Source: Candidatus Sumerlaeia bacterium | Lineage (GTDB): Bacteria > Sumerlaeota > Sumerlaeia > SLMS01 > JANRJK01 | DNA: 64,000 nucleotides | NCBI GenBank assembly: GCA_033764015.1 | Contig: JANRJK010000021.1 | Span: 3,291 to 67,290, forward strand | Reading direction: 5' to 3' | Shown: piece after piece, positions 1 through 9,474 of the stretch | Numbering within the stretch: position 1 is the stretch's first letter | How the letters are laid out: each line of letters opens with the position of its first letter | Position numbers and translations under genes: made by a program | Notes under the pieces: generated by a model | Seen by the model: the letters and a program-made list of their open reading frames with translations, nothing else | Databases searched by the model: none | What the model was told of the DNA's origin: nothing

Positions 1-1037
1 CGCTGGAGGAGATCGCGGCGTGGCTCGGCGGGCGCCCGGTGGACCGGGTGGAGTCGCTCTGGGAGCCGCTGATGGTGCTGACCGGCGCGGTCCGCGACCG
101 CGTGGGCGCCCGGGGCATGGGGCGCGACACGATGACGGGCTTCCGCGACAAGGACGTGATGAAGGAGCGCACGCGCGCGGCCGGCGTGCGGGTGCCGCGC
201 TCGCGCCGCGTCCGCAGCGCGGACGACATCTTCCGCGCCGCGAAGGACTTCGGATTCCCGGTGGTCATCAAGCCGATCAGCGGCGTTTGCTCCGCCGACA
301 CCTACCGCGCGGACAGCGACGCGGACATCAAGCTGCTGCTGCCGAAGCTCGGCCACCTGGACGAGGGCAACGTGGAGGAGTTCATCACGGGCGAGGAGTT
401 CACCTGGGACGCGATCGTCTCCGACGGCAAGGTGCTGTTCGAAAGCGTGAACCAGTACCACCCGGTGATGCTGGTGTCGCGGACGCACGAGTGGATCAGC
501 CCCGCGGACTTCACGTTCCGCGACCCCGCCTCGCATCCGAAGCTGCAAGGCGGGCTGGCGCTGGCGCGGCAGGTGCTCTCGGCGCTGCGCTTCGAGACCG
601 GGTTCGTGCACATGGAGTGGTTCCTGACCGGCGCGGGCGAGGCGGTGTTCGGCGAGATCGCCGCGCGCAACGGCGGCGGCGGCATCGTCGACCTGGTCAA
701 CTACGCGAACGACTTCGACGCGTTCCGCGCGTGGGCCGAGGCGACCGTGACGGGGCGCATCTCGAAGCAGCCGACGCGCGCCTACAACGTCACGATGGTC
801 TGCAAGCGCGCCGAGGGGCAGGGGGCGATCCGCGACATCGTCGGGCTCGACCGCGTGCGCGGGAAGCTGGGCCCGAACCTCGTCTACCAGCACGTCCCCG
901 CGATCGGCGCGGCGCGCGCCGACTGGAAGGCGAACTACGAGGCCGACGCGCACCTCATCGCGCGCCACCCCGACGAGGCGGTCTGCCTCGAGCTGATGAG
1001 GACGATCATTAACGACCTGCGCATCTACGCCGGCTGA
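1..1037 (+). CDS. ATP-grasp domain protein (5' end outside window)
   Basis: The reading frame stays open from nt 3 through the listed GTG at 39, so the gene probably starts upstream of the window. The product has ATP-grasp-like blocks (FGFPVVIKP, EEFITGEEF, VHMEWF, FGEIAARNGGG). Stop at 1035-1037. Confidence 0.7.
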   Translation, partial: LEEIAAWLGGRPVDRVESLWEPLMVLTGAVRDRVGARGMGRDTMTGFRDKDVMKERTRAAGVRVPRSRRVRSADDIFRAAKDFGFPVVIKPISGVCSADTYRADSDADIKLLLPKLGHLDEGNVEEFITGEEFTWDAIVSDGKVLFESVNQYHPVMLVSRTHEWISPADFTFRDPASHPKLQGGLALARQVLSALRFETGFVHMEWFLTGAGEAVFGEIAARNGGGGIVDLVNYANDFDAFRAWAEATVTGRISKQPTRAYNVTMVCKRAEGQGAIRDIVGLDRVRGKLGPNLVYQHVPAIGAARADWKANYEADAHLIARHPDEAVCLELMRTIINDLRIYAG

Positions 1038-1047
1038 GGGGAGTCCG

Positions 1048-2412
1048 TTGCAGCAGCCCGACCACATCGTCGAACTGCGCGCGCGGCTCGACGCCGGCGA
1101 CCCGGGCGCCCTCCTCGAATTCCTGGAGACGCTCCCGGCGGACGAGAAGGTGTTCGCGGTCGCGAGCCTTTCCGCGGAGGAGGAGGAGCGGCTGCTGCGC
1201 GCGCTGCCGCCGGAGGCCGCCGCCCGCATCCTCAACGAACTCCCCGACTTCACCTCCTGCGAACTGGTGCGCCGCCTGGAGCCGGAGGTCGGCGCCGCTA
1301 TCCTCGACGAGATGCGGAGCGACCGGCAGGCGGACCTGCTGGGCGGCATCGCGGAGGGGGAGCGGGAGGCGCTGATCAGCGCGCTGCCGGAGGCGGACGC
1401 CCTGCGCGCGCGGCAGCTCCTGAACTACGCCCCCGACACCGCCGGCGGCCTGATGGCGACCGAGTACCTAGCGTTCCCCGAGGGCGCCCGCGTCGGCGAT
1501 GTGCTCCGGGACCTGCGCGCGAACCACGAGCGCTACACGCGCTTCGAGGTGCAGTACTCCTACCTGCTCGACGGCGCGGGGCGCCTGACGGGCGTGCTCC
1601 CGATGCGCGAGCTGCTCTTCGCCTCCGAGGCGACGCCGGTCCGCGGCCTGGTGAGGGGGAATCCTAAGAGCGTCGGCTGCGGCGAGACGCTTGCGAACCT
1701 GCGCCTCTTCTTCGACGAGCACCGGTTCCTCGGCGTGCCGGTGGTGGATCCGGACGGCCGCCTGGTGGGGGTGGTGCAGCGCGCCGCCGTGCAGAAGGAG
1801 AGCGCCCGCGAGGCGAACCGGCTGTGGATGCGCGTCTCGGGTATCGTGGGCGGCGAGGAGCTGCGGACCATGCCGCTGCGGGACCGCACGCGGCGGCGCG
1901 GCGCGTGGCTCGGGGTGAACCTGCTGCTGAACATGGGCGCGGCGACCGCGATCGCGTTCTTCGAGGACACGCTGACGCAGGTGATCGCGCTGGCGATGTT
2001 CCTGCCGATCATCTCGGACATGAGCGGCTGCTCGGGGAACCAGGCGGTGGCGGTTTCCATGCGGGAGATGGTGATGGGCGTGCTGCGCCCGCGGGACGCG
2101 ATGCGGGTGGCCGCCCGCGAGGTGTCCGTCGGCGCGATCAACGGCGTGCTGCTGGGCTCCCTCCTGGCGATCATCGCGATCCTGGTGCGGGGCGACGCGG
2201 TGCTGGGCCTGGTGGTGGGCGCGGCGCTGGCGCTCAACACGGTGCTGGCGGTGATGGTGGGGGGCACGCTTCCGCTGCTGGTGAAGGCGCTGCGGCTCGA
2301 TCCGGCCCTGGTCGCGGGGCCGATCCTCACAACGGTGACGGACCTCGCGGGGTTTGTGCTGGTCCTCTGGTTCGCCACCATGGCATTACCCTACTTCACG
2401 TTGTCTGGTTGA
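1048..2412 (+). CDS. mgtE: Magnesium transporter MgtE
   Basis: 454 aa with an MgtE-type N-domain, a CBS pair region (VLPMRELLF..., FLGVPVVDPDGRLVGVV) and a C-terminal 5-TM channel block (PIISDMSGCSGNQ, ILTTVTDLAGF). TTG start 10 nt after the upstream stop, with GAGGGGA just before it. Confidence 0.9.
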   Translation: MQQPDHIVELRARLDAGDPGALLEFLETLPADEKVFAVASLSAEEEERLLRALPPEAAARILNELPDFTSCELVRRLEPEVGAAILDEMRSDRQADLLGGIAEGEREALISALPEADALRARQLLNYAPDTAGGLMATEYLAFPEGARVGDVLRDLRANHERYTRFEVQYSYLLDGAGRLTGVLPMRELLFASEATPVRGLVRGNPKSVGCGETLANLRLFFDEHRFLGVPVVDPDGRLVGVVQRAAVQKESAREANRLWMRVSGIVGGEELRTMPLRDRTRRRGAWLGVNLLLNMGAATAIAFFEDTLTQVIALAMFLPIISDMSGCSGNQAVAVSMREMVMGVLRPRDAMRVAAREVSVGAINGVLLGSLLAIIAILVRGDAVLGLVVGAALALNTVLAVMVGGTLPLLVKALRLDPALVAGPILTTVTDLAGFVLVLWFATMALPYFTLSG

Positions 2413-2433
2413 TCCCCCCCGAGGTTCCGAGCC

Positions 2434-3069
2434 GTGGCCGAGACACCCGAAGCCCCCGCCCCGGAAGGCGCCTCGCACCGGCTCTTCTTCGCCATCGACC
2501 TGCCGCGCCCGCTGAAGGACCGCATCAACGAGCTCGTGAAGCGCCTCGACACCGCGGGCACCTTCACCGGCGCCAACCCGAAGTGGGTCTCGGACGACAA
2601 CTTCCACATCACGCTCTGGTTCATCGGGAACGTCGACTCGTCCACGACGGGACGGCTGAAGGCGGAGATGCGCAAGGCGGTGCGCGGCGTCGCGCCGTTC
2701 ACGCTGGACCTGCGGCACCTCGGCTACTTCCCGACGGAGCGCGATCCGAGCGTCCTGTGGCTCGGGGCGAAGTCCACGCCGGCGCCGCTCTCGCTGCTCC
2801 GGACGAACCTGGCCGCGGCGATCCGCAAGTCCGGCGTGGTGCTGCCGGTCGAGCAGAAGTTCACGCCGCACGTCACGCTGGCGCGGCTGCGCGGCACGCG
2901 GCACCTGCACGACTTCACGCGCATGATGGAGAACTACCGGCACGCGCACGCGGGCACCTGCGAGGTGCGCGAGGTGGTCCTGATGGAGAGCCACCTGCGG
3001 CCCGGCGGCGCCGAGTACCGCCCCTACGCCACGCAGCCCTTCCCGGATCCCGAGCCGCCGGAGTCCTGA
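2434..3069 (+). CDS. thpR: RNA 2',3'-cyclic phosphodiesterase (2H family, ThpR/LigT)
   Basis: Two H-x-T-x motifs typical of 2H phosphoesterases (FHITLWF and PHVTLARL) in a 211-aa product that begins HRLFFAIDLP. Confidence 0.8.
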   Translation: MAETPEAPAPEGASHRLFFAIDLPRPLKDRINELVKRLDTAGTFTGANPKWVSDDNFHITLWFIGNVDSSTTGRLKAEMRKAVRGVAPFTLDLRHLGYFPTERDPSVLWLGAKSTPAPLSLLRTNLAAAIRKSGVVLPVEQKFTPHVTLARLRGTRHLHDFTRMMENYRHAHAGTCEVREVVLMESHLRPGGAEYRPYATQPFPDPEPPES

Positions 3070-3078
3070 CGCCCGCCC

Positions 3079-4329
3079 GTGGAGTCGCGCTTCCTTTCCC
3101 GGTTCCTCGAACGGCTCGGGCGGATCCCGCCGGAGCAGGTGGAGGCCGTGGTGCGGCAGCTCGCGGCGGAGCGCGACTGGCGCGACGAGGTGCTGGAGTC
3201 GCTCGAGGAGGGGATCCTGCTGGTCGGCGGCGACGGGCGGGTGCGCTGGCACAACGGGGCCTTCCCGCGGCTGGCGGGCTTCGACCGCAAGCCGGACCTG
3301 GCCGGCCTGCCGGTGGCCGAGGCGTTCGTCTGGGAGGAGCTGAAGGCGCTCGCGCGGGAGCGCGCCGCGGAGGGCGGGCCGCTGCGCCAGCGCGACCTGC
3401 TGGTGGCGGGGCGCCGCGCGCGGTGGCTGGCGGTCAGCGTGTTCCCGCTTCGCACCGGCGAGCCCGCGCGCGACGGCGCCGCGGTCTGGGTGCTGGCGGA
3501 CCGGACGGACTCGGAGCGCAAGTCCGAGGACCGGCGGCAGGCGGCGAAGATCGCCTCGCTGGCGACGCTCACCGCGGGCATCGCGCACGAGATCAAGAAC
3601 CCGCTGAACTCGCTGACGATCCACGCGCAACTGCTGCAGAAGGCGGTGGCGCAGCTTCCGCCGGAGGCCGCGACGGGCGAGGCGCGGGAGCGGATGGAGC
3701 GCAGCGCGGCGGTGTTCCGCGAGGAGATCGCGCGCCTGACGCGCATCGTCGAGGAGTTCCTGACCGCGGTGCGCCCGATCCAGCCCCGCTTCCAGCGCAT
3801 GGATGTGAACGATGTGCTGCTGGACGTGGCGCGGCTGGTGGGGCCGGAGTGCCACGCGCACGGCATCGAGCTGCTGGTGGAGCCGGACACGGAGGCGCCG
3901 CCGATGCGCATCGATCCGGAGCTGCTGAAGCAGGCGCTCCTGAACCTGGCGCGGAACGCCGTCGAGGCGATCGTGCCGCAGGCCTCCGCCGAGGGGCGCG
4001 CGCACCGCATCGCGCTGCGCACGGTGCTCCGCCAGGACCACCTGCTGCTCGAGGTGGAGGACACGGGACCGGGCATCCCGGAGGCGGACCACCTGCGGAT
4101 CTTCGAGCCGTACCACACGACGAAGTTCAACGGGACGGGCCTGGGGCTGATGATCGTGTACCGGAACGTGCAGGCGCACGACGGGGCGATCGGGCTGACC
4201 AGCCGGCCCGGCGAGGGGACGATCTTCCACATCGGGCTGCCGCTGGACGAGCGCCCGGTGAGGCTGCTCGGAGCCGCCGAGATCAAGGCCGCCGCGGCGG
4301 AACCCGCGGGTTTCCCCGCGCCGGAGTGA
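3079..4329 (+). CDS. Sensor histidine kinase (PAS-like N-domain, HisKA, HATPase_c), NtrB-like
   Basis: H-box AGIAHEIKNPLNSL, N-box LLNLARNAVEA, G1 EDTGPGI and G2 GTGLGLMIV. No TM segment is evident, and no response regulator gene is adjacent. Confidence 0.85.
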   Translation: MESRFLSRFLERLGRIPPEQVEAVVRQLAAERDWRDEVLESLEEGILLVGGDGRVRWHNGAFPRLAGFDRKPDLAGLPVAEAFVWEELKALARERAAEGGPLRQRDLLVAGRRARWLAVSVFPLRTGEPARDGAAVWVLADRTDSERKSEDRRQAAKIASLATLTAGIAHEIKNPLNSLTIHAQLLQKAVAQLPPEAATGEARERMERSAAVFREEIARLTRIVEEFLTAVRPIQPRFQRMDVNDVLLDVARLVGPECHAHGIELLVEPDTEAPPMRIDPELLKQALLNLARNAVEAIVPQASAEGRAHRIALRTVLRQDHLLLEVEDTGPGIPEADHLRIFEPYHTTKFNGTGLGLMIVYRNVQAHDGAIGLTSRPGEGTIFHIGLPLDERPVRLLGAAEIKAAAAEPAGFPAPE

Positions 4330-4330
4330 C

Positions 4331-4357
4331 CGCGGCGCGAGAATCGCCGCGATTTTC
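4331..4357 (+). terminator. Candidate intrinsic terminator after the histidine kinase gene
   Basis: CGCGGCG (4331-4337) pairs with CGCCGCG (4345-4351) around a 7-nt loop and is followed by ATTTTC. It starts 2 nt after the stop codon. Confidence 0.4.
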
Positions 4358-4513
4358 AAGGCGATTCCACGTTTTCCACACCCGTTTTCCGTTGACCTTG
4401 ATCCGGCGCGCTTCACCCGATTCAACGGACATGCTGGAAACAGCGCGCAGCACCCAACGACGCGGAATCAACGCGGTTCCGCCCACACGCGAAAGCGAAA
4501 GGAGATTCCGTCC

Positions 4514-4822
4514 ATGGCCGAGAAGAAGGCCGCCAAGGCGATGACCAAGGCGCAGCTCATGACGTACCTCGCCGACAAGTCCGAGCTCCCGAAGAAGAAG
4601 ATCGTCGAGCTGTTCGACGCGCTCACGGAGCTCGCCTACAAGGAAGCGAAGAAGGACGCCGGCTTCGTGCTCCCCGGCTTCGGCAAGCTCGTGGTCGTGA
4701 AGACGAAGGCCCGCACGGGACGCAACCCGCAGACCGGCGAATCGATCAAGATCCCCGCCAAGAAGCGCCTCAAGTTCCGTATCGCGAAGGCCGCGAAGGA
4801 CGCCGTCGGCGGCGGCAAGTAA
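4514..4822 (+). CDS. HU/IHF family nucleoid-associated DNA-binding protein
   Basis: 102 aa with the typical HU arm RTGRNPQTGESIKIPAKKRLKFR. AAAGGAG RBS-like sequence upstream of the ATG. Confidence 0.9.
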   Translation: MAEKKAAKAMTKAQLMTYLADKSELPKKKIVELFDALTELAYKEAKKDAGFVLPGFGKLVVVKTKARTGRNPQTGESIKIPAKKRLKFRIAKAAKDAVGGGK

Positions 4823-4895
4823 TCCTCCCCGCGGAACCGGCGGCGGCCTAGGCGCCGCCGCCGGCGCCGCGACCGCGCCCCCGGGGGGGCGCACC

Positions 4896-6284
4896 ATGGA
4901 CAACCCGATGAACGAATTCGCCCGCCTCGGCGTGGCCCCCTCTCTTCTCCCGTTCCTCGAGAGGGCGGGATGGACCGCGCCGACACCCGTGCAGTCGCAA
5001 GGGCTCGGGCACGCGCTGGCGGGGCGCGACCTGCTGGTCGCGGCGCCCACCGGCACCGGCAAGACGGGCCTCTACGCGCTGCCGCTGCTGACGATCCTGG
5101 CCGACGCGCAGGTCCGCGTCGGACGCCCGAAGGCGCTGATCACGGTGCCCACCCGCGAGCTGGCCGAACAGGTCGCCGCGGTCTTCGAGACGCTGAGCGG
5201 GGTGCGCCCCGCGGAGCTGTTCGGCGGCGTGCGCTACGCGCGGCAGGACCTCGCGCTCGCGGAGCGCCGCGCCATCGCCGTCGGCACGCCGGGCCGCACG
5301 CTGGACCACATCAAGCGCGGGAGCCTCAAGCTCGAGGACCTGCGCCACTGGGTGGTGGACGAGGCGGACCGGCTCTTCGACTCCGGCTTCATGGCGGAGC
5401 TCCGGACGCTCGCGGGCCACATCCCCGAGGCGCGCCAGACGATCCTGCTCTCCGCCACGCTGCCGCCGGAGATGGCGACCTTCGCGCGGACGCTGCTGCG
5501 CAACCCCGCGGAGGTGCGCACCGGCGCGGCGGGCGTGCGCCCGAACATCCGCGAGCTGTTCCACCCGGTGGCGCCGGAGCGGAAGCTGGACCTGCTGCGG
5601 CACCTGCTGGCGGCGGAAGACTACCGGCAGGCGCTCGTGTTCGTCCGCACGCGCCGCACGGCGGACCGCGTGGCCAAGGCGCTCGCGGGGGCCCGCGGCG
5701 CCGTCCGCGTGCTGCACGCCGGCATCGACCAGCCCTCGCGGCTGGCGGCGCTCGGCGCCTTCCGCACCGGCGAGGCGGCGATCCTGGTGGCGACCGACGT
5801 CGCCGCCCGCGGCCTCGACATCCCCGAGCTGGCCTACGTCATCAACTACGACGTGCCGAACACGCCGGAGGACTACGTGCACCGCAGCGGACGCACGGGA
5901 CGCCTCGAGCGCCCCGGGCGCGCGTCCACGCTGGTCACGCCGCGCGAGCTGGCGGCGGCCTCGCTGATCGAGGACACGCTCCGCCAGCGGGTGCCGGTGG
6001 AGCGCATCGAGGAGTTCGCGCCGCAGGAGCGCGGCGGCCCGCCGCCGAAGCGCCCCGCGGAGGAGCTGGAGCGCCTGCGCGCACTCGAGCGCCCGCTCGA
6101 TTTCGACGAGCGCCCCTACCACACCGGAAAGGCGCAGAGCCCCTTCACCCGCTCCGGCAAGCTGCGCCGCGAGTTCGTCGCGGAGGCGGAGAAGGAGACA
6201 ACGCCGCAGCGCAACAAGCGGCGGCGCGCCGAGAAGAAGGTGCTGAACAAGAAGCTGCCGCACCAGCGGCGCAACAAGGGCTGA
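4896..6284 (+). CDS. DEAD-box ATP-dependent RNA helicase with a basic C-terminal tail
   Basis: Q-motif region (FARLGV...PTPVQ), motif I AAPTGTGKT, motif II VVDEAD, motif III SAT, motif VI HRSGRTGR. The C-terminus is Lys/Arg rich. Confidence 0.9.
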   Translation: MDNPMNEFARLGVAPSLLPFLERAGWTAPTPVQSQGLGHALAGRDLLVAAPTGTGKTGLYALPLLTILADAQVRVGRPKALITVPTRELAEQVAAVFETLSGVRPAELFGGVRYARQDLALAERRAIAVGTPGRTLDHIKRGSLKLEDLRHWVVDEADRLFDSGFMAELRTLAGHIPEARQTILLSATLPPEMATFARTLLRNPAEVRTGAAGVRPNIRELFHPVAPERKLDLLRHLLAAEDYRQALVFVRTRRTADRVAKALAGARGAVRVLHAGIDQPSRLAALGAFRTGEAAILVATDVAARGLDIPELAYVINYDVPNTPEDYVHRSGRTGRLERPGRASTLVTPRELAAASLIEDTLRQRVPVERIEEFAPQERGGPPPKRPAEELERLRALERPLDFDERPYHTGKAQSPFTRSGKLRREFVAEAEKETTPQRNKRRRAEKKVLNKKLPHQRRNKG

Positions 6285-6289
6285 GGGCG

Positions 6290-8152
6290 GTGGAGGCGGA
6301 GCCCGCCGGCGGCCATCGGGGCGCGCCGCTTCCCGCCGCCGCGCTGTTCGCGCTGCTGCTGCTCCTCGCGGCGTTCCTGGTCGGCCACACAGCGGCGGTC
6401 CCGTTCTTCACACTCGACGACTCGGATTACATCGGGCGCGTGGAGCGGCACCTGGCCGAAGCGCGCGCGGGGAACTGGGCGAAGCTCCTCGACACCGGGG
6501 ATCCCGGCAACCGGCGCGTCTACCCGGGCATGAACTTGTACACGGCGCTGCGGATCGCGCTGCTCGGGAAGAGCGGGTTCCTGTGGCACCTGTGGCACTT
6601 CGCGCTGTTCGCGGCGGTGGGCGTGGCGGCGGTGCGCTTCTCGGAGCGCGCGGCGGGGTCGCCGTGGCCCGGCGTCGCGGCGTTCGCCCTGCTGCTCGGC
6701 ACGGGCACCACGCACTACCAGTCGAACTGGTACAACTTCTTCAGCGTGAACACGTTCGAGCCGCCGCTGCTGCTGGCGTGGTCGGCCGCCGCGTGGGCCG
6801 GCGCGCGCGCGCTCTCGGCGGAACGCCGCCCCGGCTTCGCCCTGTGGAGCGCCGCGTGCCTCGCGGCGGTGCTCTGGGCGTGCGGCATCAAGGAGACGAG
6901 CGGAGCGGTGCACCTGATGTTCGGCGCGCCGGTGCTGGCGGCTGCGCTGCTCCGCCCCCGGTGGTTCGGCGTCGCGCGGCCCCGCCGCCTCGCGGCGCTG
7001 GCGGCGGCGGTGCTCGCGCTGTCCGTGGCGTACCTCGCGTTCGTCTTCGCCTCGCTTCCGAAGGACGCCGGCTACGGCGGCACCGGGATGCTGGTCAAGA
7101 CGCCGTCGGGTTGGTTCGCGGCGCTTGGCACCTACCTGCGCGAATGGTTCGACGCCTCGTTCCTGCTGATGCCCCTGGGGGCGCTTTGCTGGGTGGCGCG
7201 CGCGTTCGGCGCGCGGGGGGAGGAAGCGCGCCGCGGCCTGTGGCCGGCGGCGCTGCTGGCCTGGGCCGGGGCGTCGCAGCTCTCGTCGCTGCTCGTCTGG
7301 CCGGAGCTCTCCATGCGCCTTTCGCAACCCGCCTACGGGGCGGTGCTGCTCGCCGCTTGCTGCGAGCTGGCGCTCGCGGCGCGCCTGGCCTTCCGGCAGG
7401 CGCCCTCCGCCGCTTCCCGGCGGACCGGCTGGGCGCTCGCCGGGCTGGCGGCGCTCGCGATCCTAGCGGGTCGGCGCACGCTCGGGGCCGAGCCCATGCT
7501 GTGGGGCGGAGCGCTCGCCTTGGCGGGTCTCGCCGCGGCGATGGCGGCGGGGCTGTGGCAGTCGCACCGCGGGCGCGAAGGCGTCCTCGTTCGCGTCCTG
7601 CCGGCGGTGTGCGCCTCGAATGCGGCGGCCGCGGGCTGCTTCCTCGCCGCCGCCACCGTGATCCACGCGTCGGGCTACCCGGTGCAGTTCCGGATGCTCG
7701 AGGGTTTGCGCACGCGGGTGTCGATCCACCTCGCGGGAACCGCGGCGCCGCGGGCGAAGGTGGCGTGGATGACGCCGCCTCGCTCGGAGATCTTCGCCTG
7801 GTCCGCCGCGCTGCACGCGAAGACGATCCTCGGGCGGGAGGACCTCGAGGAGGGTCCCTTCCATTGGATCGAATCGCGCGGGCCGCTGGTGAAGGGCGAT
7901 GCGATGGTGTTCCTCGGCATGGTCGGCCCCGAGGAGGCGCCGGTGGGGTCGGGCGCTCTGGTGGCGCATCGGATCGAGGAGGTCGGCTACGCGCCTCCCT
8001 TCGCGAACGTGCGCGAGTTCGCCCGCTGGCTCGCCGGCGCCGGAACGGACCTGCGGACCCCCCGCCTGTCGTCCTCCTGGGCGGTGGTCCATACGGTCGA
8101 TTCGATGCTTTACGAGGTCGACCCGGCCTTCGCGGCCCGGTACCGGCCGTAA
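6290..8152 (+). CDS. Polytopic membrane protein, possible GT-C-fold glycosyltransferase (ArnT/PMT-like)
   Basis: This is the distal part of the listed ORF 4970..8152. A GTG at 6290 lies 6 nt after the helicase stop. There are many hydrophobic segments, with an acidic LDDSDY loop right after the first one, and a soluble C-terminal domain of about 150 aa. The start choice and the function are inferred. Confidence 0.5.
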   Translation: MEAEPAGGHRGAPLPAAALFALLLLLAAFLVGHTAAVPFFTLDDSDYIGRVERHLAEARAGNWAKLLDTGDPGNRRVYPGMNLYTALRIALLGKSGFLWHLWHFALFAAVGVAAVRFSERAAGSPWPGVAAFALLLGTGTTHYQSNWYNFFSVNTFEPPLLLAWSAAAWAGARALSAERRPGFALWSAACLAAVLWACGIKETSGAVHLMFGAPVLAAALLRPRWFGVARPRRLAALAAAVLALSVAYLAFVFASLPKDAGYGGTGMLVKTPSGWFAALGTYLREWFDASFLLMPLGALCWVARAFGARGEEARRGLWPAALLAWAGASQLSSLLVWPELSMRLSQPAYGAVLLAACCELALAARLAFRQAPSAASRRTGWALAGLAALAILAGRRTLGAEPMLWGGALALAGLAAAMAAGLWQSHRGREGVLVRVLPAVCASNAAAAGCFLAAATVIHASGYPVQFRMLEGLRTRVSIHLAGTAAPRAKVAWMTPPRSEIFAWSAALHAKTILGREDLEEGPFHWIESRGPLVKGDAMVFLGMVGPEEAPVGSGALVAHRIEEVGYAPPFANVREFARWLAGAGTDLRTPRLSSSWAVVHTVDSMLYEVDPAFAARYRP

Positions 8153-8215
8153 CGCCCGATCCGGTTGCCTCCGGGCACCGATCCTGCATCCACTCGCGGC
8201 GAGAGGATCGAACCC

Positions 8216-9439
8216 ATGCACGCCCCCGCCCAGAACATCTCCATCGACCGCCAGAAGATCGAGGGATTGCGGATCGACGAGCGCCGCAAGCGCGGCGGTT
8301 TCCGCCCGGTGCTGATGGCGGTGCCGGTGATCCTGCTCGCGATCGGAGGCCTCGCGTTCTTCGCCTCGACGCTCGGCGACGGCGGAGTCCAGCGCTTCGA
8401 CACGGCGGGCTACCAGGAGACCTCCACGGCGCCGGCGCCGCCCCGGCTGGCCGCGCTGCAGGAGTCCGGCACGCAGGCGCCCGCGGTGCCGGGCGAGGAG
8501 TTGTTCCGCACGTCAGGCTATATAGTGCCCCGCGAGCGCATCGAGCTTTCACCCCGTTTCCAAGCCACCGTGGAGGAGATCCTGGTCGGCAAGGGCGACA
8601 AGGTCGCCGCCGGTCAGGTGCTGGTGCGCTTGGAGGACGACGAGTACGCGGCGCGCCTGGCGCAGGCGCAGGCGGAAGCCGGCCTGGCGGAGGCGCAGCT
8701 CGAGGAGTTCCGCAACGGCACCCGCCCCGAAGAGGTGGAGCGGGCGCGGTTCCGCGTTTCGGACGCGGAGGCGCAGCTCGTGAACGCCGAGGCGACGCTC
8801 TCGCGCCGGCGCTCCCTGTTCTCGGTGAACAGCGCCTCGCAGGAGTCGCTCGACGAGGCGGTGCGCGCCCGGGCCAGCGCCGAGGCGCAGCTCAACATCG
8901 CGCGGCAGGAGCTGGCGCTGGCGGAGCTCGGCCCGCGCCGCGAACAGGTCGCGCAGGCGGAGGCCCGCCTCGCCTCCGCGAAGGCCTCGGTGGCCGGAGC
9001 CCGCGTCTATGTGGACTGGTGCACCATCGCCGCCCCGATCGAAGGCACGATCCTGACCCGCGAGGTGGACGCCGGGGAGCTAGTCGTCCCGCAAAGCTTC
9101 GGCGGCTCCGGGGGCCCCTCGACCAGCTTCCTCTCCATGGCCGACCTGACCGACCTGCAGGTGCAGGTGGACCTGAACGAGCAGTTCACCGCGCAGGTGT
9201 TCCTGGACCAGCTCTGCGAGGTGTCGCCGCTCGCGGCGCCGGAGCGGAAGTTCACCGGCTATGTGTTCGAGATCGCGCCGGAGGCGAACCGCGCGAAGGG
9301 GACGCTCGAGGTGAAGGTGCAGATCATCGACCCGGACGCGAGCCTGACGCCGGAGCTCTCCGCGCAGGTCTCCTTCCGAAACGGGAAGTACGACGGCGCC
9401 GCCGGGGACCGGACGAAGCGGACGCGCCGCACGCAGTAG
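8216..9439 (+). CDS. Efflux/secretion periplasmic adaptor (HlyD / membrane fusion protein family)
   Basis: An N-terminal TM (VLMAVPVILLAIGGLAFFA) is followed by a lipoyl-like hairpin (VGKGDKVAAGQVLVRLED), a long coiled coil (AQAEAGLAEAQL...) and a beta-barrel part (APIEGTIL). I prefer ATG 8216, which is preceded by GAGAGGA, over the listed TTG 8165. Confidence 0.8.
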   Translation: MHAPAQNISIDRQKIEGLRIDERRKRGGFRPVLMAVPVILLAIGGLAFFASTLGDGGVQRFDTAGYQETSTAPAPPRLAALQESGTQAPAVPGEELFRTSGYIVPRERIELSPRFQATVEEILVGKGDKVAAGQVLVRLEDDEYAARLAQAQAEAGLAEAQLEEFRNGTRPEEVERARFRVSDAEAQLVNAEATLSRRRSLFSVNSASQESLDEAVRARASAEAQLNIARQELALAELGPRREQVAQAEARLASAKASVAGARVYVDWCTIAAPIEGTILTREVDAGELVVPQSFGGSGGPSTSFLSMADLTDLQVQVDLNEQFTAQVFLDQLCEVSPLAAPERKFTGYVFEIAPEANRAKGTLEVKVQIIDPDASLTPELSAQVSFRNGKYDGAAGDRTKRTRRTQ

Positions 9440-9456
9440 CAGCCCGGACAACCGCC

Positions 9457-9474
9457 GTTGAAGGTGTTGAAGGT
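9457..9474. repeat. Exact tandem 9-mer GTTGAAGGT x2 upstream of the ECF sigma gene
   Basis: Read directly: GTTGAAGGT at 9457-9465 and again at 9466-9474. Each copy contains a TTGAAG -35-like hexamer. Confidence 0.6.

Noticed and set aside
1038-1047. An M-box (Mg2+) riboswitch upstream of mgtE
   Set aside because: Only 10 nt separate the upstream stop from the mgtE start, so there is no room for a riboswitch.
1824-4544. Very long ORFs (906 aa on plus; 679 aa on minus at 2386-4425) that span mgtE, thpR and the histidine kinase
   Set aside because: Their translations are dominated by Arg/Gly/Ala/Pro with no motifs, and they overlap three well-supported genes in other frames. They are typical shadow ORFs caused by stop-codon scarcity at about 70% GC.
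4837-4864. A GC-rich hairpin after the HU gene as an intrinsic terminator
   Set aside because: An 11-bp stem (CCGGCGGCGGC / GCCGCCGCCGG) can form. But it is built from a simple GCC/GGC repeat with ambiguous register, and no U-tract follows. It is too weak to call.
4970-6289. The first 440 codons of the listed 1060-aa ORF 4970-8152
   Set aside because: This part overlaps the DEAD-box helicase out of frame and translates to Arg/Pro/Gly-rich nonsense. Only the segment after GTG 6290 has membrane-protein character.
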